DNA of 20,000 bases, from the IMG/VR virus record IMGVR_UViG_3300021256_000096; one strand, 5' to 3'. Positions 1 to 8,661 of this stretch are shown here, in pieces. This DNA is from an uncultured virus (IMG/VR IMGVR_UViG_3300021256_000096). Lineage: Duplodnaviria > Heunggongvirae > Uroviricota > Caudoviricetes. The stretch's first letter is position 1. Every line of letters starts with the position of its first letter. Below the pieces are notes generated by a model. The model ran no database searches, had not been told where the DNA came from, and saw only the letters and a program-made list of their open reading frames with translations. The position numbers and the translations under genes were made by a program.

Positions 1-2
1 AG

Positions 3-521
3 TTCACAGTGACAGAAGACGAAGCAGCAATGCATCGTGTGCGCTGCATAGTCAACAACTATCCCGAAAGGGCAATCACTGCTGGAACGTACTGGAGGCT
101 CACAGAATCCGGTTATCTCTATATGACAAATACACCGGCTGAGATACGTGACCACACTCAGTTCATCAATAAGGCTTGCGGAAACGTCCTCATAGCAGGA
201 CTTGGACTTGGGATGGTCGTTCAGGCGTTGCTTGACAAGGGAACTTGCGAACACATCACTGTAGTTGAGTTGTCCCAGGACGTCATCGACTTAGTCGGTC
301 CCTCTTACAACGACCCAAGAGTGGAGATCGTGTGCTGCGACATCTTCAAGTTCAAGCCGCAGATGCACTACGACTATGCCTGGTTCGACATCTGGCCTGA
401 TATATGCGGAGACAACTTCCCCCAGATGAAGAAACTTCACCGGAAGTTCGCAACCCACGTGAGCAATAGAGACTCATGGTGCTACAAGGAGTGCCGTAAG
501 AGACACAAAGAAGATATATAA
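3..521 (+). CDS. SAM-dependent methyltransferase, spermidine-synthase-like fold (probably 5'-truncated by the window)
   Basis: Class I motif I VLIAGLGLG, acidic motif II ITVVEL, then CDIF and YDYAWFDIW. The frame is open from base 3, upstream of the GTG at 9. Confidence 0.75.
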   Translation, partial: FTVTEDEAAMHRVRCIVNNYPERAITAGTYWRLTESGYLYMTNTPAEIRDHTQFINKACGNVLIAGLGLGMVVQALLDKGTCEHITVVELSQDVIDLVGPSYNDPRVEIVCCDIFKFKPQMHYDYAWFDIWPDICGDNFPQMKKLHRKFATHVSNRDSWCYKECRKRHKEDI

Positions 522-564
522 CGAAATCAAACAGCAGATATGTATAATTCAAAGAAATATAGTT

Positions 565-1002
565 ATGAGTAAACAAGATAGCAATATTAATAAGTTCGAA
601 TTGAATTACGCTAATACGGAATTCTACGAACGCCATAAAGAAAATGACGAAGCGCTCACAAACAAACCAAGACAGGCGCCACTTGAATGGCATCACTGGA
701 ACGACTTGTATGAGTTCTTCCGTGGTTACTTCAACTATTTCGGAGATGATATTTCTGCTTTAGATAAAGATACATTCGAAAGAATAGTAAAGACTATTTG
801 GAGAATATCTCGCACCTGTGCTGTATTCGACACTAGAAAAGAGTGCAAGGAAAATCAACTCACGTTCTCTAAACAATTGGCTGAATGGGCAAATTCTATC
901 AGAATGCATAATGAAGGAGTTGCAGACGAAACTGACAAAACAGATATGATTGGCCCGTTTGAACTATGGGAGATGGTAATGCATCAATCAACATCAAAAT
1001 AA
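565..1002 (+). CDS. hypothetical protein (145 aa)
   Basis: ATG after AT-rich leader, TAA stop, collinear with neighbours. Confidence 0.75.
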   Translation: MSKQDSNINKFELNYANTEFYERHKENDEALTNKPRQAPLEWHHWNDLYEFFRGYFNYFGDDISALDKDTFERIVKTIWRISRTCAVFDTRKECKENQLTFSKQLAEWANSIRMHNEGVADETDKTDMIGPFELWEMVMHQSTSK

Positions 1003-1025
1003 ATTCATAATTAAACTCAAATAAT

Positions 1026-1457
1026 ATGCAAACGAATAACAGTTCAAAAGAAGACAGTTCATTCTGGGGGATGGGAGTTCTAGTCGGAGGAATATTAGTA
1101 TTTCTTCTTGGATTGCTTGCTACGCCAAATAAGGACAATGCAGAAAACAAGGCCGACGAGAACAAGAAGTACATCTACTACGACGTCCCTACATATACAA
1201 CAGTATATGAGATCGTCTATCCGGACACTACATACCGCTACACGGCAGTTCACCACTCACCATCCCGACTGAGTTCTCACAGAGGAAGCAACTTCCTTTA
1301 TTCAGAACAACATTACGGAACATTTGGAGACCACGATCGTCCAGACTATTGGATTGATGAATGGAACAGTTCAGAATTAAACGTCGAGACGACTGCTCCG
1401 ATTCGCATCGTCAGCGAGACAGTGACTCATAAGAAAGTCAAATACGTGATAAAGTAA
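1026..1457 (+). CDS. hypothetical membrane-anchored protein (143 aa)
   Basis: Hydrophobic helix FWGMGVLVGGILVFLLGLLA near the N-terminus. Confidence 0.75.
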   Translation: MQTNNSSKEDSSFWGMGVLVGGILVFLLGLLATPNKDNAENKADENKKYIYYDVPTYTTVYEIVYPDTTYRYTAVHHSPSRLSSHRGSNFLYSEQHYGTFGDHDRPDYWIDEWNSSELNVETTAPIRIVSETVTHKKVKYVIK

Positions 1458-1790
1458 ATTCATAACAGAACTAAAGCAGTATACGAATATGAAGAATTAT
1501 ACATCAACAGTTTCTGCTGTAATCGCAGCCGCACTGAAAGAACGAGGCATAAAAATCAGTTCAAAGACTCCGACTTATGCGGACGTATTCGACTGGTTTA
1601 TGAAGAATGGTCTCTATGTTCATATCGAAGTTTTGCATGAGAATTATTTGGGAGAAATACATCGCTTAGATAAAATGGGAACATATGTCGATGGTTATTT
1701 CGGTGCAAATGTCATTAAGACTTGGAAGCAAGTTGCTGACGAGACAATCATCAAGGCTCTGAAGCACATCAAAGTAAATTCATAACAGAA
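1451..1790 (+). repeat. 20-bp perfect direct repeat AAAGTAAATTCATAACAGAA (1451-1470 and 1771-1790) bracketing one gene
   Basis: Two identical copies read directly; degenerate copies at 1001, 2137 and 2661. Confidence 0.9.
1489..1785 (+). CDS. hypothetical protein (98 aa)
   Basis: ORF in + block; PTYADVFDWF..GLYVHI resembles a common Bacteroidota phage small-protein motif (from recall). Confidence 0.75.
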   Translation: MKNYTSTVSAVIAAALKERGIKISSKTPTYADVFDWFMKNGLYVHIEVLHENYLGEIHRLDKMGTYVDGYFGANVIKTWKQVADETIIKALKHIKVNS

Positions 1791-1802
1791 TCAAACAAAT
1801 TT

Positions 1803-2129
1803 ATGATATTCAAGAAAGGAACATATATAATCACGGAAAGACAGTACGACAGTGCGAAGTGTGTCTGGCTCAGTGAGGACTTCGACCCACACAAGGACAA
1901 GTGGATTCCTTACAAGAACTGGTACGACGTGTACTACAAACCGCGCACAAAGAATGTCGTGACGGACGTCTATCCTGTATACGATGATGAAAATGGAGGA
2001 ACTCTCTCATTCGACCTCTCAGACAACTGGCATTACGCCGGCAAGAATGTCATCGGACATATCACGGGCGAATATCCGGAAAATAAGAAGACGAGACGTC
2101 ATACGACTCTCATCAGAATCGATTTATAA
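1803..2129 (+). CDS. hypothetical protein (108 aa)
   Basis: ORF in + block with AT-rich leader. Confidence 0.75.
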   Translation: MIFKKGTYIITERQYDSAKCVWLSEDFDPHKDKWIPYKNWYDVYYKPRTKNVVTDVYPVYDDENGGTLSFDLSDNWHYAGKNVIGHITGEYPENKKTRRHTTLIRIDL

Positions 2130-2166
2130 GTAGAACAAAATTTATAACAGAAGCAAACATACGAAT

Positions 2167-2670
2167 ATGAAAAGGTTAATGCTCAACAATGATAGTGAGT
2201 TCAATGCTTGGAAGTCTAACATTGACAAGCAGTATCCATCCGGACTCGACCACTTCAACCCAAGAGTTCCGAAAGCATATCCAGTGCTCGTGCTCTACTA
2301 TATGTACGAGATTGAAATTGACGCACATTTTGCTCCAATTAAGCAATGCGGATTCGACTATGTTTATCCGGCTGAGTTCGACACGAGCATCACTTCTGTC
2401 CAGGAACATCCAGAACTTATTATAGAGGGACGTCTGTGTAATGTCCGGATTCCTGAGCGACTGTGCGACAAGTACAATGTATTCGGAAATGAATGGTTGC
2501 CGGCCAAGATTGTTGCCGTAATAAACGAAGCCGGCAGCAATTATCCAACAGTCGTGGTAGACGTCCGGAAATCTAAGAAGTATGCGACCGATGCTATTCA
2601 CGAGCTTCGCTTGAAACCATCTGAAGTCGAGACTCATCTGATGTACAGAGACATTAAACAAAATTCATAA
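2167..2670 (+). CDS. hypothetical protein (167 aa)
   Basis: ORF in + block; start context ATACGAATATGAA shared with the gene at 1489. Confidence 0.75.
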   Translation: MKRLMLNNDSEFNAWKSNIDKQYPSGLDHFNPRVPKAYPVLVLYYMYEIEIDAHFAPIKQCGFDYVYPAEFDTSITSVQEHPELIIEGRLCNVRIPERLCDKYNVFGNEWLPAKIVAVINEAGSNYPTVVVDVRKSKKYATDAIHELRLKPSEVETHLMYRDIKQNS

Positions 2671-2695
2671 TAGAACCAATTAAACATAAAACAAT

Positions 2696-3028
2696 ATGAG
2701 ATTCAATGTATCAATAAAGCCAACCGTCTATACCGGTCATGGAACATACAGAAGCGCAATGGACAGGTTCCATTCTGTAATACCAGCAGTGACTTGCTTT
2801 ACTGTTAGTGGATACGGAAACTACTATGGCTCCATCAGGAGAAGAGGTGACAACGGCCCCGACTATGCGTACTGCTTCAACGTGGACGTATTCAAGAGAG
2901 GAAAGCATCGCAAGAATAAGCATTACACTCTCTACGTCTACAAAATTGACCTGAGACTGCTCGACATCCTGGGTATGAAGATTGACCAGCATCAGAGATA
3001 CTTCAGAATTGTCCCTAAGAAGAAGTAA
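2696..3028 (+). CDS. hypothetical basic protein (110 aa)
   Basis: ORF in + block. Confidence 0.7.
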   Translation: MRFNVSIKPTVYTGHGTYRSAMDRFHSVIPAVTCFTVSGYGNYYGSIRRRGDNGPDYAYCFNVDVFKRGKHRKNKHYTLYVYKIDLRLLDILGMKIDQHQRYFRIVPKKK

Positions 3029-3062
3029 GTGATTCGATAATGAAATCAAAACAGAAATAATT

Positions 3063-3440
3063 ATGGGATACTTAACAAGACACGTCATCACAATCATTCC
3101 TGAGTCCAAAGCGACTCAGGAAAACTACGTCCGTGTACGAAGAGCAATTGCTGAAGCTCTTGAAGAAGACGTCTACAATCATCTGACGATTTATTCAAAC
3201 CGGATGGATGACTTCGGTTTCAACTACGGGTTCGGTTCAAAGTGGTACCATAATGATTGTGCGAAGCGGGCATCAAAAGCAGTTCCAGACTTAACTATCC
3301 GGTTCAGATGCTTCGGTGAATCTAAAGATGGAGACGCTCTCCGAGATGAAACGTACGAGAACGGCGTCCTGGTTGAAAAGAAAGAACTGAATGTTGAAGA
3401 GTTCTGGAATTCATACGGCTATCACGGAACGTACACATAA
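3063..3440 (+). CDS. hypothetical phage protein (125 aa)
   Basis: MGY start, KWY, FRCFGE and YENG pattern typical of a small phage protein family (from recall). Confidence 0.75.
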   Translation: MGYLTRHVITIIPESKATQENYVRVRRAIAEALEEDVYNHLTIYSNRMDDFGFNYGFGSKWYHNDCAKRASKAVPDLTIRFRCFGESKDGDALRDETYENGVLVEKKELNVEEFWNSYGYHGTYT

Positions 3441-3457
3441 TCAAAAACAATTGCGTA

Positions 3458-3790
3458 ATGAAATCAAAATTCCCCAACATCTACGAGTTCCTCAACAGAC
3501 TGTACGCCTATCATCAGATTGACGACGTAGTCTACGATACTGCGCAGAAACTGCTTGATTATTTCCGGGACAACAAGACGTTCCAGATTTATAATCACGC
3601 AATGAACTCTGACCAGGACGTCCGGATTATGTTCGACGAACTCGTGGATTGGTGGATCGATGAACATTACCTCGACATCTCCAGTGAGCACGACACGTTA
3701 TACGAGTACAACGTCCTTACAGACAGAGAAACGAATAAAGTCATCAAGGACGAGGTTTTCCGTATTGTCAGGTCGTCTTCAAATGGATAA
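3458..3790 (+). CDS. hypothetical acidic protein (110 aa)
   Basis: ORF in + block. Confidence 0.7.
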   Translation: MKSKFPNIYEFLNRLYAYHQIDDVVYDTAQKLLDYFRDNKTFQIYNHAMNSDQDVRIMFDELVDWWIDEHYLDISSEHDTLYEYNVLTDRETNKVIKDEVFRIVRSSSNG

Positions 3791-3830
3791 TCGGTTGCTC
3801 CATCAAATCAATTAATGTGTTGGTTTTCTA

Positions 3831-3840
3831 TAGATAAATA
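3831..3840 (+). promoter_or_regulatory. TAGATAAATA, candidate phage late promoter (T4 TATAAATA-like)
   Basis: Identical 10-mer also at 12218-12227; both copies are intergenic, 26 and 35 nt before an ATG. Confidence 0.5.
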
Positions 3841-3866
3841 CAGAAAATTCAACACATTTATTTTAT

Positions 3867-4580
3867 ATGAACAAAGAACGGAAGAAAGCTCTCTACGAGA
3901 GTATAATGATGGATGTTGCAAAGATTGTAAAGCGTCGTATCATGGAGGCTGATAATGAGAGCAGCGTCGATAATGACCGGATGTACGTCAGCCTGGATAA
4001 AGACGGCAAGATCCGTTTAATATCCGAAGATGAAGTTTCGAATCTTATGAAGGGAGGCACTATTCGTGCTTACAACCCGAACGTGAAGGCCGGTCCGAAT
4101 GAGAAAGACTGGACGATGTACGCAGTGCGCGTCTCTGACATCAAGTGTGCCAAGTGCTCGTTCCTCGGAAAGAACGAGGGCTGGCCGGATTACTGGACGT
4201 CTTCGATGACACTGTGGGGCAAGGTCTCTTTCATTAAGGGAGGACACGGACAGTCGTGGGAACCGGAATTTCCGGGCAAGCTTGTCATCGAGTGTGATCA
4301 GAAGAAGAATTGCTACACGTTCACTCCGTATCAGTTCGACGGCAAGTACGATCAGATGAGCGCATACGGGGACAACGGCAACTATTCCCACTTCGTCCAC
4401 CGTGCAGTCAGCGTTCCGTACAACAGCGAGGAACGTGAAATCGAGGGTGACAAGAAGATCAAGTACTGGGTGAAGCATCTCAGCAGAGGCTTCCGCTCAT
4501 ACAACGCAGTCAAGACTCTCATCAAGAAAGGATATCTTGAAGTCAGGGACGGGGAACTCGTTCCGCAGGAGAAGAAATAA
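3867..4580 (+). CDS. hypothetical protein with MNKERKKALYESIMMDVAKIVKRRIME leader; possible virion-internal protein
   Basis: Leader resembles a recurrent N-terminal motif of Lak-like phage proteins (from recall) and ends in I-x-E; preceded by TAGATAAATA. Confidence 0.8.
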   Translation: MNKERKKALYESIMMDVAKIVKRRIMEADNESSVDNDRMYVSLDKDGKIRLISEDEVSNLMKGGTIRAYNPNVKAGPNEKDWTMYAVRVSDIKCAKCSFLGKNEGWPDYWTSSMTLWGKVSFIKGGHGQSWEPEFPGKLVIECDQKKNCYTFTPYQFDGKYDQMSAYGDNGNYSHFVHRAVSVPYNSEEREIEGDKKIKYWVKHLSRGFRSYNAVKTLIKKGYLEVRDGELVPQEKK

Positions 4581-4602
4581 TATATAGTTTCTGTAAGTAT
4601 AG

Positions 4603-4652
4603 AGAAGACGTCCTGCTCTACCATCAAATAGAACAGGACGTCTTCTTTCTTG
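4603..4652. terminator. intrinsic terminator between convergent blocks
   Basis: AGAAGACGTCCTG (4603-4615) and CAGGACGTCTTCT (4634-4646) form a perfect 13-bp stem followed by a T-rich tail. Confidence 0.8.
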
Positions 4653-4673
4653 TCTTGTGTTTGTCTGATTCCA

Positions 4674-4949
4674 TTACGAATCGTAACGGACATTGAACTT
4701 AACCTGGAGTTGACTGCGCTTGACGTTGATGACATACTCATTTGCTTCGAGTCTGTTCTTCCAGTCATTCAGGACAGCGTCCGTATATCCGTACTTTGTG
4801 TTCAGAGTGATGATGACTGCGAAGCCAGTGTCCTGACAAGTCTCCATATTGCACAATGTCGGCATATGATAATCCTTAATGACGTCTTCGTTCACTTCCG
4901 ACTTAATTTGCTTCAGAACTTCTGCTGCATGTTCAATTGTCTTTGCCAT
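4674..4949 (-). CDS. hypothetical protein (91 aa)
   Basis: Last ORF of the minus block. Confidence 0.75.
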   Translation of the reverse strand: MAKTIEHAAEVLKQIKSEVNEDVIKDYHMPTLCNMETCQDTGFAVIITLNTKYGYTDAVLNDWKNRLEANEYVINVKRSQLQVKFNVRYDS

Positions 4950-4967
4950 AATTGTTCTTTAGTTTGA

Positions 4968-5261
4968 TTATAGATTTGTAATATTGCCTTCCTCGTATAC
5001 GAGCACAATCCTTATCCGCTTCATCTGTTTGTTCGGATACGGAGTAGAATGCTCGATGATGAGATACTGATCCGTAAGATCAGTTGTATGGATACCTGTC
5101 CTCTCGTAATACTCTTCCTTATTCTTTATGTTAGCCAGGAGAACTTCCTTAGCTTCATCAAGAGTATCCAACTTCATAGAAGACGGAAAATCTTTTCCGG
5201 TCGACTTCCAGGTCTTAATTTCACCCTGACAGAAATGGGATATAGTATAATACGTTTGCAT
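4968..5261 (-). CDS. hypothetical protein (97 aa)
   Basis: ORF in minus block. Confidence 0.75.
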   Translation of the reverse strand: MQTYYTISHFCQGEIKTWKSTGKDFPSSMKLDTLDEAKEVLLANIKNKEEYYERTGIHTTDLTDQYLIIEHSTPYPNKQMKRIRIVLVYEEGNITNL

Positions 5262-5274
5262 AGCTTTATATATT

Positions 5275-5448
5275 TTAAAGACACTTTCCGTAGTACTTCA
5301 AAAATATCCGGTGAGCAAGTTCTTCAGCCGCTGTTCCAACCAAGTTGGTGTTGCGCCGAACCCAGTTCAATAAGATATTGTGTCTGGACGTTACATACGA
5401 TTCACTCAGCATACTCTTAGTCCTCCTTGATGTTAATGATTCGCGCAC
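5275..5448 (-). CDS. small hypothetical protein (57 aa from GTG 5448, or 45 aa from ATG 5412), not in ORF track
   Basis: Manual translation ...MLSESYVTSRHNILLNWVRRNTNLVGTAAEELAHRIFLKYYGKCL*; fills the gap in the operon. Confidence 0.55.
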   Translation of the reverse strand: MRESLTSRRTKSMLSESYVTSRHNILLNWVRRNTNLVGTAAEELAHRIFLKYYGKCL

Positions 5449-5458
5449 TTAAATTTTA

Positions 5459-5911
5459 TTATAAATGTTCTCCGAAATATCTGATAGACACTTCGATTCC
5501 TGTCTGCTTCTCGCACAGTTCGTCTGCAAATACGGGTGCTCCTGAGACAATACAGTCGCGCTGAGAGTAGCGGAGATTCGTCACTAGGCGTGCGGCGATG
5601 CTCACTTTCTCTGGAGAACCCTCACAATCCATAACGAAACTCGTCAGATGCTTCTTCTTTGCGTCCATAAACTGATTGAAGAATTCTTCCTCTTGCTCAC
5701 GCATCTCCTGCTCATAGTCAGTCTCCAATGACTCGTACTCAGCGATTATTGACTGGAAACCACCATCATCGCGCAGGCTCAGCCAGACGTCCGAACTTTT
5801 CACTTCAGCCGGTATCTGCTTCCTGGCGTACTCTATCGCAAGGTTCAACTGCTCAAGCGTCATATCCAGAGAACACACGACGTTTAATGTCCTTTTGACT
5901 TTCTGTTTCAT
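5459..5911 (-). CDS. hypothetical protein (150 aa)
   Basis: ATG overlaps the upstream TGA (ATGA coupling). Confidence 0.75.
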   Translation of the reverse strand: MKQKVKRTLNVVCSLDMTLEQLNLAIEYARKQIPAEVKSSDVWLSLRDDGGFQSIIAEYESLETDYEQEMREQEEEFFNQFMDAKKKHLTSFVMDCEGSPEKVSIAARLVTNLRYSQRDCIVSGAPVFADELCEKQTGIEVSIRYFGEHL

Positions 5912-6054
5912 TGCGAATCCCTTTCTATTTTATACGATTCAATCTTCACGCCGTCTTTACCCGGCCAGTTCTCGAACATGTCTTCAATGACTAACTCATC
6001 GCAGACGTCCGAGTAATTCTTCCAATCCACATTGAATTCAACTGTCACTTTCAT
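5908..6054 (-). CDS. small hypothetical protein (48 aa), not in ORF track
   Basis: MKVTVEFNVDWKNYSDVCDELVIEDMFENWPGKDGVKIESYKIEKDSQ*; starts 3 nt after the upstream stop and is ATGA-coupled to the next gene. Confidence 0.7.
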   Translation of the reverse strand: MKVTVEFNVDWKNYSDVCDELVIEDMFENWPGKDGVKIESYKIERDSQ

Positions 6055-6057
6055 ATC

Positions 6058-6603
6058 TTACCAGACTTTCTTAAGCTTTATGCCATTCTTGTTGTTCAGT
6101 TCCGCATAATGCTCCTTATAATAAGGGAACAGTTCGTAGAATCTCTTCCAGGTCGCATCAGAACGCTTTATCGACGGGATGCGAACCCGATGATGATTAT
6201 CACCTCCGCCACTGCTGTTGTATACAAACTTCTGGTTGTCCTTATTCACAGTGCGACGGACGTACTTATATGACTGCTTCTCCTTGTATCTCTCACGATT
6301 GCGTTCGAGTTCAGCAAGGACGTCTTCAAGGGGAATGAGATTGCATTCATCATCAAACCTGACCTCCCATAGCATCCAATCGCTACAGTAGTCACGCAGT
6401 GCCTTGCCGGTCAGAGTCGTCTTCGTAGCAATCCTTGCATATGACTTCTTCGCATTAGCAATGCGAGCATCGAACCTTTTGTCAATATCAGCAAGGTATT
6501 GTTCGAGAGATTTGTTTTCCCCCAATGCGTAACTGTTAGCCGGACGTCGAGTCTTGTAACTATAGTGGCGCAAGTCCTTCTGATAACCTTTATCTTTTCT
6601 CAT
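6058..6603 (-). CDS. hypothetical basic protein (181 aa)
   Basis: TAATG coupling with the upstream gene; C-terminal RVRIPSIKRS..TWKRFYELFP motif. Confidence 0.8.
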   Translation of the reverse strand: MRKDKGYQKDLRHYSYKTRRPANSYALGENKSLEQYLADIDKRFDARIANAKKSYARIATKTTLTGKALRDYCSDWMLWEVRFDDECNLIPLEDVLAELERNRERYKEKQSYKYVRRTVNKDNQKFVYNSSGGGDNHHRVRIPSIKRSDATWKRFYELFPYYKEHYAELNNKNGIKLKKVW

Positions 6604-7280
6604 TATTCTTCGAATTTATATTTTGTATTCTTCTCTATAAACTTCTTGAACGCATCTGTCTTATCGAATTTGTTGTATCCGATGCACATCTCAAGTCCGT
6701 CATTGTAATCCCATTTCTCAGGAATCGCTATGAAACTCTCTGACTCTTTCTCGAATTCGTCTACAGTCATCTCCATACAGAACACTCGGTAGTTGTCCAG
6801 GTTGGCATATGCTCTCCGGTCGTCTGTAAGTTCTTCGATGAATGAGAACGGGTCCATCAAGATTCCCATCATACGGTCGCCCAACATCGTCTTCTTTTCT
6901 CTTAATAGATGTTCTTCAGTGTTCACTGTCGGAACCATTCTGGGCTGATACGGCATTTCCTTATTCTCGTAGAGCTTGTGAAACAGCCATCTGAACGAAC
7001 ATCCGGCGAGTCCCTTTGCGTCCTGAGAATCGTGGATTATCTCCACACATCTCTCTTCTGTGCATCTCTGATTGATTAGCGGCTCGTGCTTCCACCACAA
7101 TCTTGCGATTTCGTCCAGAGTCTTGTGCTTCGTCCAGAACAGATAACCGCCAGTCGTTGAGAAACACTTCACGACAGTGTTCTCGTTTCCGGACGTTGTG
7201 TAGTACTCTTTCATCTTCTCGAAGAACTCATCTACAGTGAGTATGAGGACTTCTTTGTTGTTCAGTGTATCGCGTTCCAT
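6603..7280 (-). CDS. hypothetical protein (about 225 aa; ATG 7280 preferred over TTG 7310)
   Basis: ORF in minus block; TTG 7310 lies inside the intergenic repeat motif. Confidence 0.75.
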   Translation of the reverse strand: MERDTLNNKEVLILTVDEFFEKMKEYYTTSGNENTVVKCFSTTGGYLFWTKHKTLDEIARLWWKHEPLINQRCTEERCVEIIHDSQDAKGLAGCSFRWLFHKLYENKEMPYQPRMVPTVNTEEHLLREKKTMLGDRMMGILMDPFSFIEELTDDRRAYANLDNYRVFCMEMTVDEFEKESESFIAIPEKWDYNDGLEMCIGYNKFDKTDAFKKFIEKNTKYKFEE

Positions 7281-7317
7281 AATGAAATCATTGTTTCGTT
7301 TGATTATCAATTCTAAG

Positions 7318-7941
7318 TTATACGTTTCTCTTCAGTTGTTGCTTCGTGAATCGAGGACCGAGTTTAGCGATCCATCTCATATATCTCATAAACCCGTCGT
7401 AGTCTTCACCGAAAATCTTCATATACGGATTATTGACAAAATAATTGTCGATGTCTTCCTGAGATTCCGACCATACAGAAGCATAGACGTTGCCTGCATA
7501 GGAATGTCCGATTCCGATGGATATCCACTCTTTGTCCAGAATCTTCGTATTCGGCTTGTCATTGAAAAGGAAGCGGACAGCATCGTCCGTGCTCAGCCAT
7601 TCGATAATGTCAGGCGTTGCCTTGATGACCGGACTCTTCGGGATCACATAACCTTTGCAGTCTTTATAGCAGTTATACGGAAATTTCTTATTCTTCCCGG
7701 ATTGGGACTTCGGCTTCAGATGATACTTGGCGTCCACTTGTTCGGTCAACCATCCGATTTTGTCTCCAGTGCCTTTAAGCACGTAGCAAAGTCCGAGACA
7801 CGTCCGGTTGAAACCAAGAACATTGAATACGGATTGTTCGTTCACGATGACGTCTCCGACGCTGAACTTCGGATGTTCATCGGGACGTATGATTGATGCA
7901 TCAGATATACTGATGTCTTCTTTATATGGATTAATCATCAT
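7318..7941 (-). CDS. hypothetical protein (about 207 aa; ATG 7941) with PKFSVGDVI SH3/KOW-like phage motif
   Basis: ORF in minus block, flanked by GTTTGATT(A/G)TCAATT repeats at 7298-7312 and 7953-7967. Confidence 0.75.
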   Translation of the reverse strand: MMINPYKEDISISDASIIRPDEHPKFSVGDVIVNEQSVFNVLGFNRTCLGLCYVLKGTGDKIGWLTEQVDAKYHLKPKSQSGKNKKFPYNCYKDCKGYVIPKSPVIKATPDIIEWLSTDDAVRFLFNDKPNTKILDKEWISIGIGHSYAGNVYASVWSESQEDIDNYFVNNPYMKIFGEDYDGFMRYMRWIAKLGPRFTKQQLKRNV

Positions 7942-7966
7942 AGTTCTTTCCTGTTTGATTGTCAAT

Positions 7967-8425
7967 TTAAATACATACGTTGTTGAAGCACCATACGATG
8001 ATGTCGAGGTCCTCTGCCATCAGATACTCAACGAATTCCAGACGCTTCCTGAACATCTTCAGTTTGTTCTCATCTGTGTATTTACCATTAGAATAGAGAT
8101 GCTGGTCATCCAGTTCATTGAGAGACATAAACTTCCTAAAATTACCGTTGACGGTTCTCATAAAGTGACTGTACGGAGCGTTTGAGATACTGTAGTACTC
8201 ATCTCCGGTCACATAGCAGTAGAGGAATGTCTCAGGACGCTGCTTCGACCATTTGTACCTGATTACATCCGTCAGGAGACACTCGAATGTCTGGACGTCG
8301 AGTTTAACGTCTTTCAGATTCCCTTTCTCTATCGCAGCACGCAGAGTCTGAATTTTAGCGTCCAGTTTCTCTTTGAACTCTTTGTTAGAGTTAATGATGA
8401 ACTCAAATGCTTCTGTCTTTGTCAT
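7967..8425 (-). CDS. hypothetical protein (152 aa)
   Basis: First gene after the minus-strand promoter. Confidence 0.8.
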   Translation of the reverse strand: MTKTEAFEFIINSNKEFKEKLDAKIQTLRAAIEKGNLKDVKLDVQTFECLLTDVIRYKWSKQRPETFLYCYVTGDEYYSISNAPYSHFMRTVNGNFRKFMSLNELDDQHLYSNGKYTDENKLKMFRKRLEFVEYLMAEDLDIIVWCFNNVCI

Positions 8426-8449
8426 AATTATTATCTTTGATTTCTACCG

Positions 8450-8481
8450 CGAATATACGACAATTATTTCAACTGTGCAAA
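8450..8481 (-). promoter_or_regulatory. Bacteroidota primary-sigma-type promoter, leftward (TTTG-N20-TATATTCG)
   Basis: The -7 box is a one-mismatch variant of TAnnTTTG with a 20-nt spacer to TTTG, just upstream of the minus block. Confidence 0.65.
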
Positions 8482-8603
8482 TTATTTTGCATTCTTTAAC
8501 TATATTTTAATGAAAATTAAGAAACGATACTCAGGATTCGTAACGAAACCAATTATTCGTTTCCTAAAGATTCCAAAATTCTGAAACTTTTCTCTCTCAA
8601 CGC

Positions 8604-8634
8604 TTGTATAATTTAAAGAGATTTTGTATCTTTG
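8604..8634 (+). promoter_or_regulatory. Bacteroidota primary-sigma-type promoter, rightward (TTG-N20-TATCTTTG)
   Basis: TATCTTTG 8627-8634 and TTG 8604-8606 match the Bacteroides -33/-7 consensus. Confidence 0.8.
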
Positions 8635-8661
8635 CACAAAGAAATAAAAACAATAAGTAAT

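Noticed and set aside
1001..2675. Recurring AAATTCATAACAGAA repeats as a CRISPR array
   Set aside because: Spacing is 320-520 bp and filled by genes, copies are degenerate, and no cas genes are present.
7237..7896. Long antisense ORFs (7237..7896+, 2176..2661-, 4017..4478-, 10454..10924-, 18276..18740+ and others)
   Set aside because: They are shadows of better-supported genes on the opposite strand, with no leaders or recognisable motifs.
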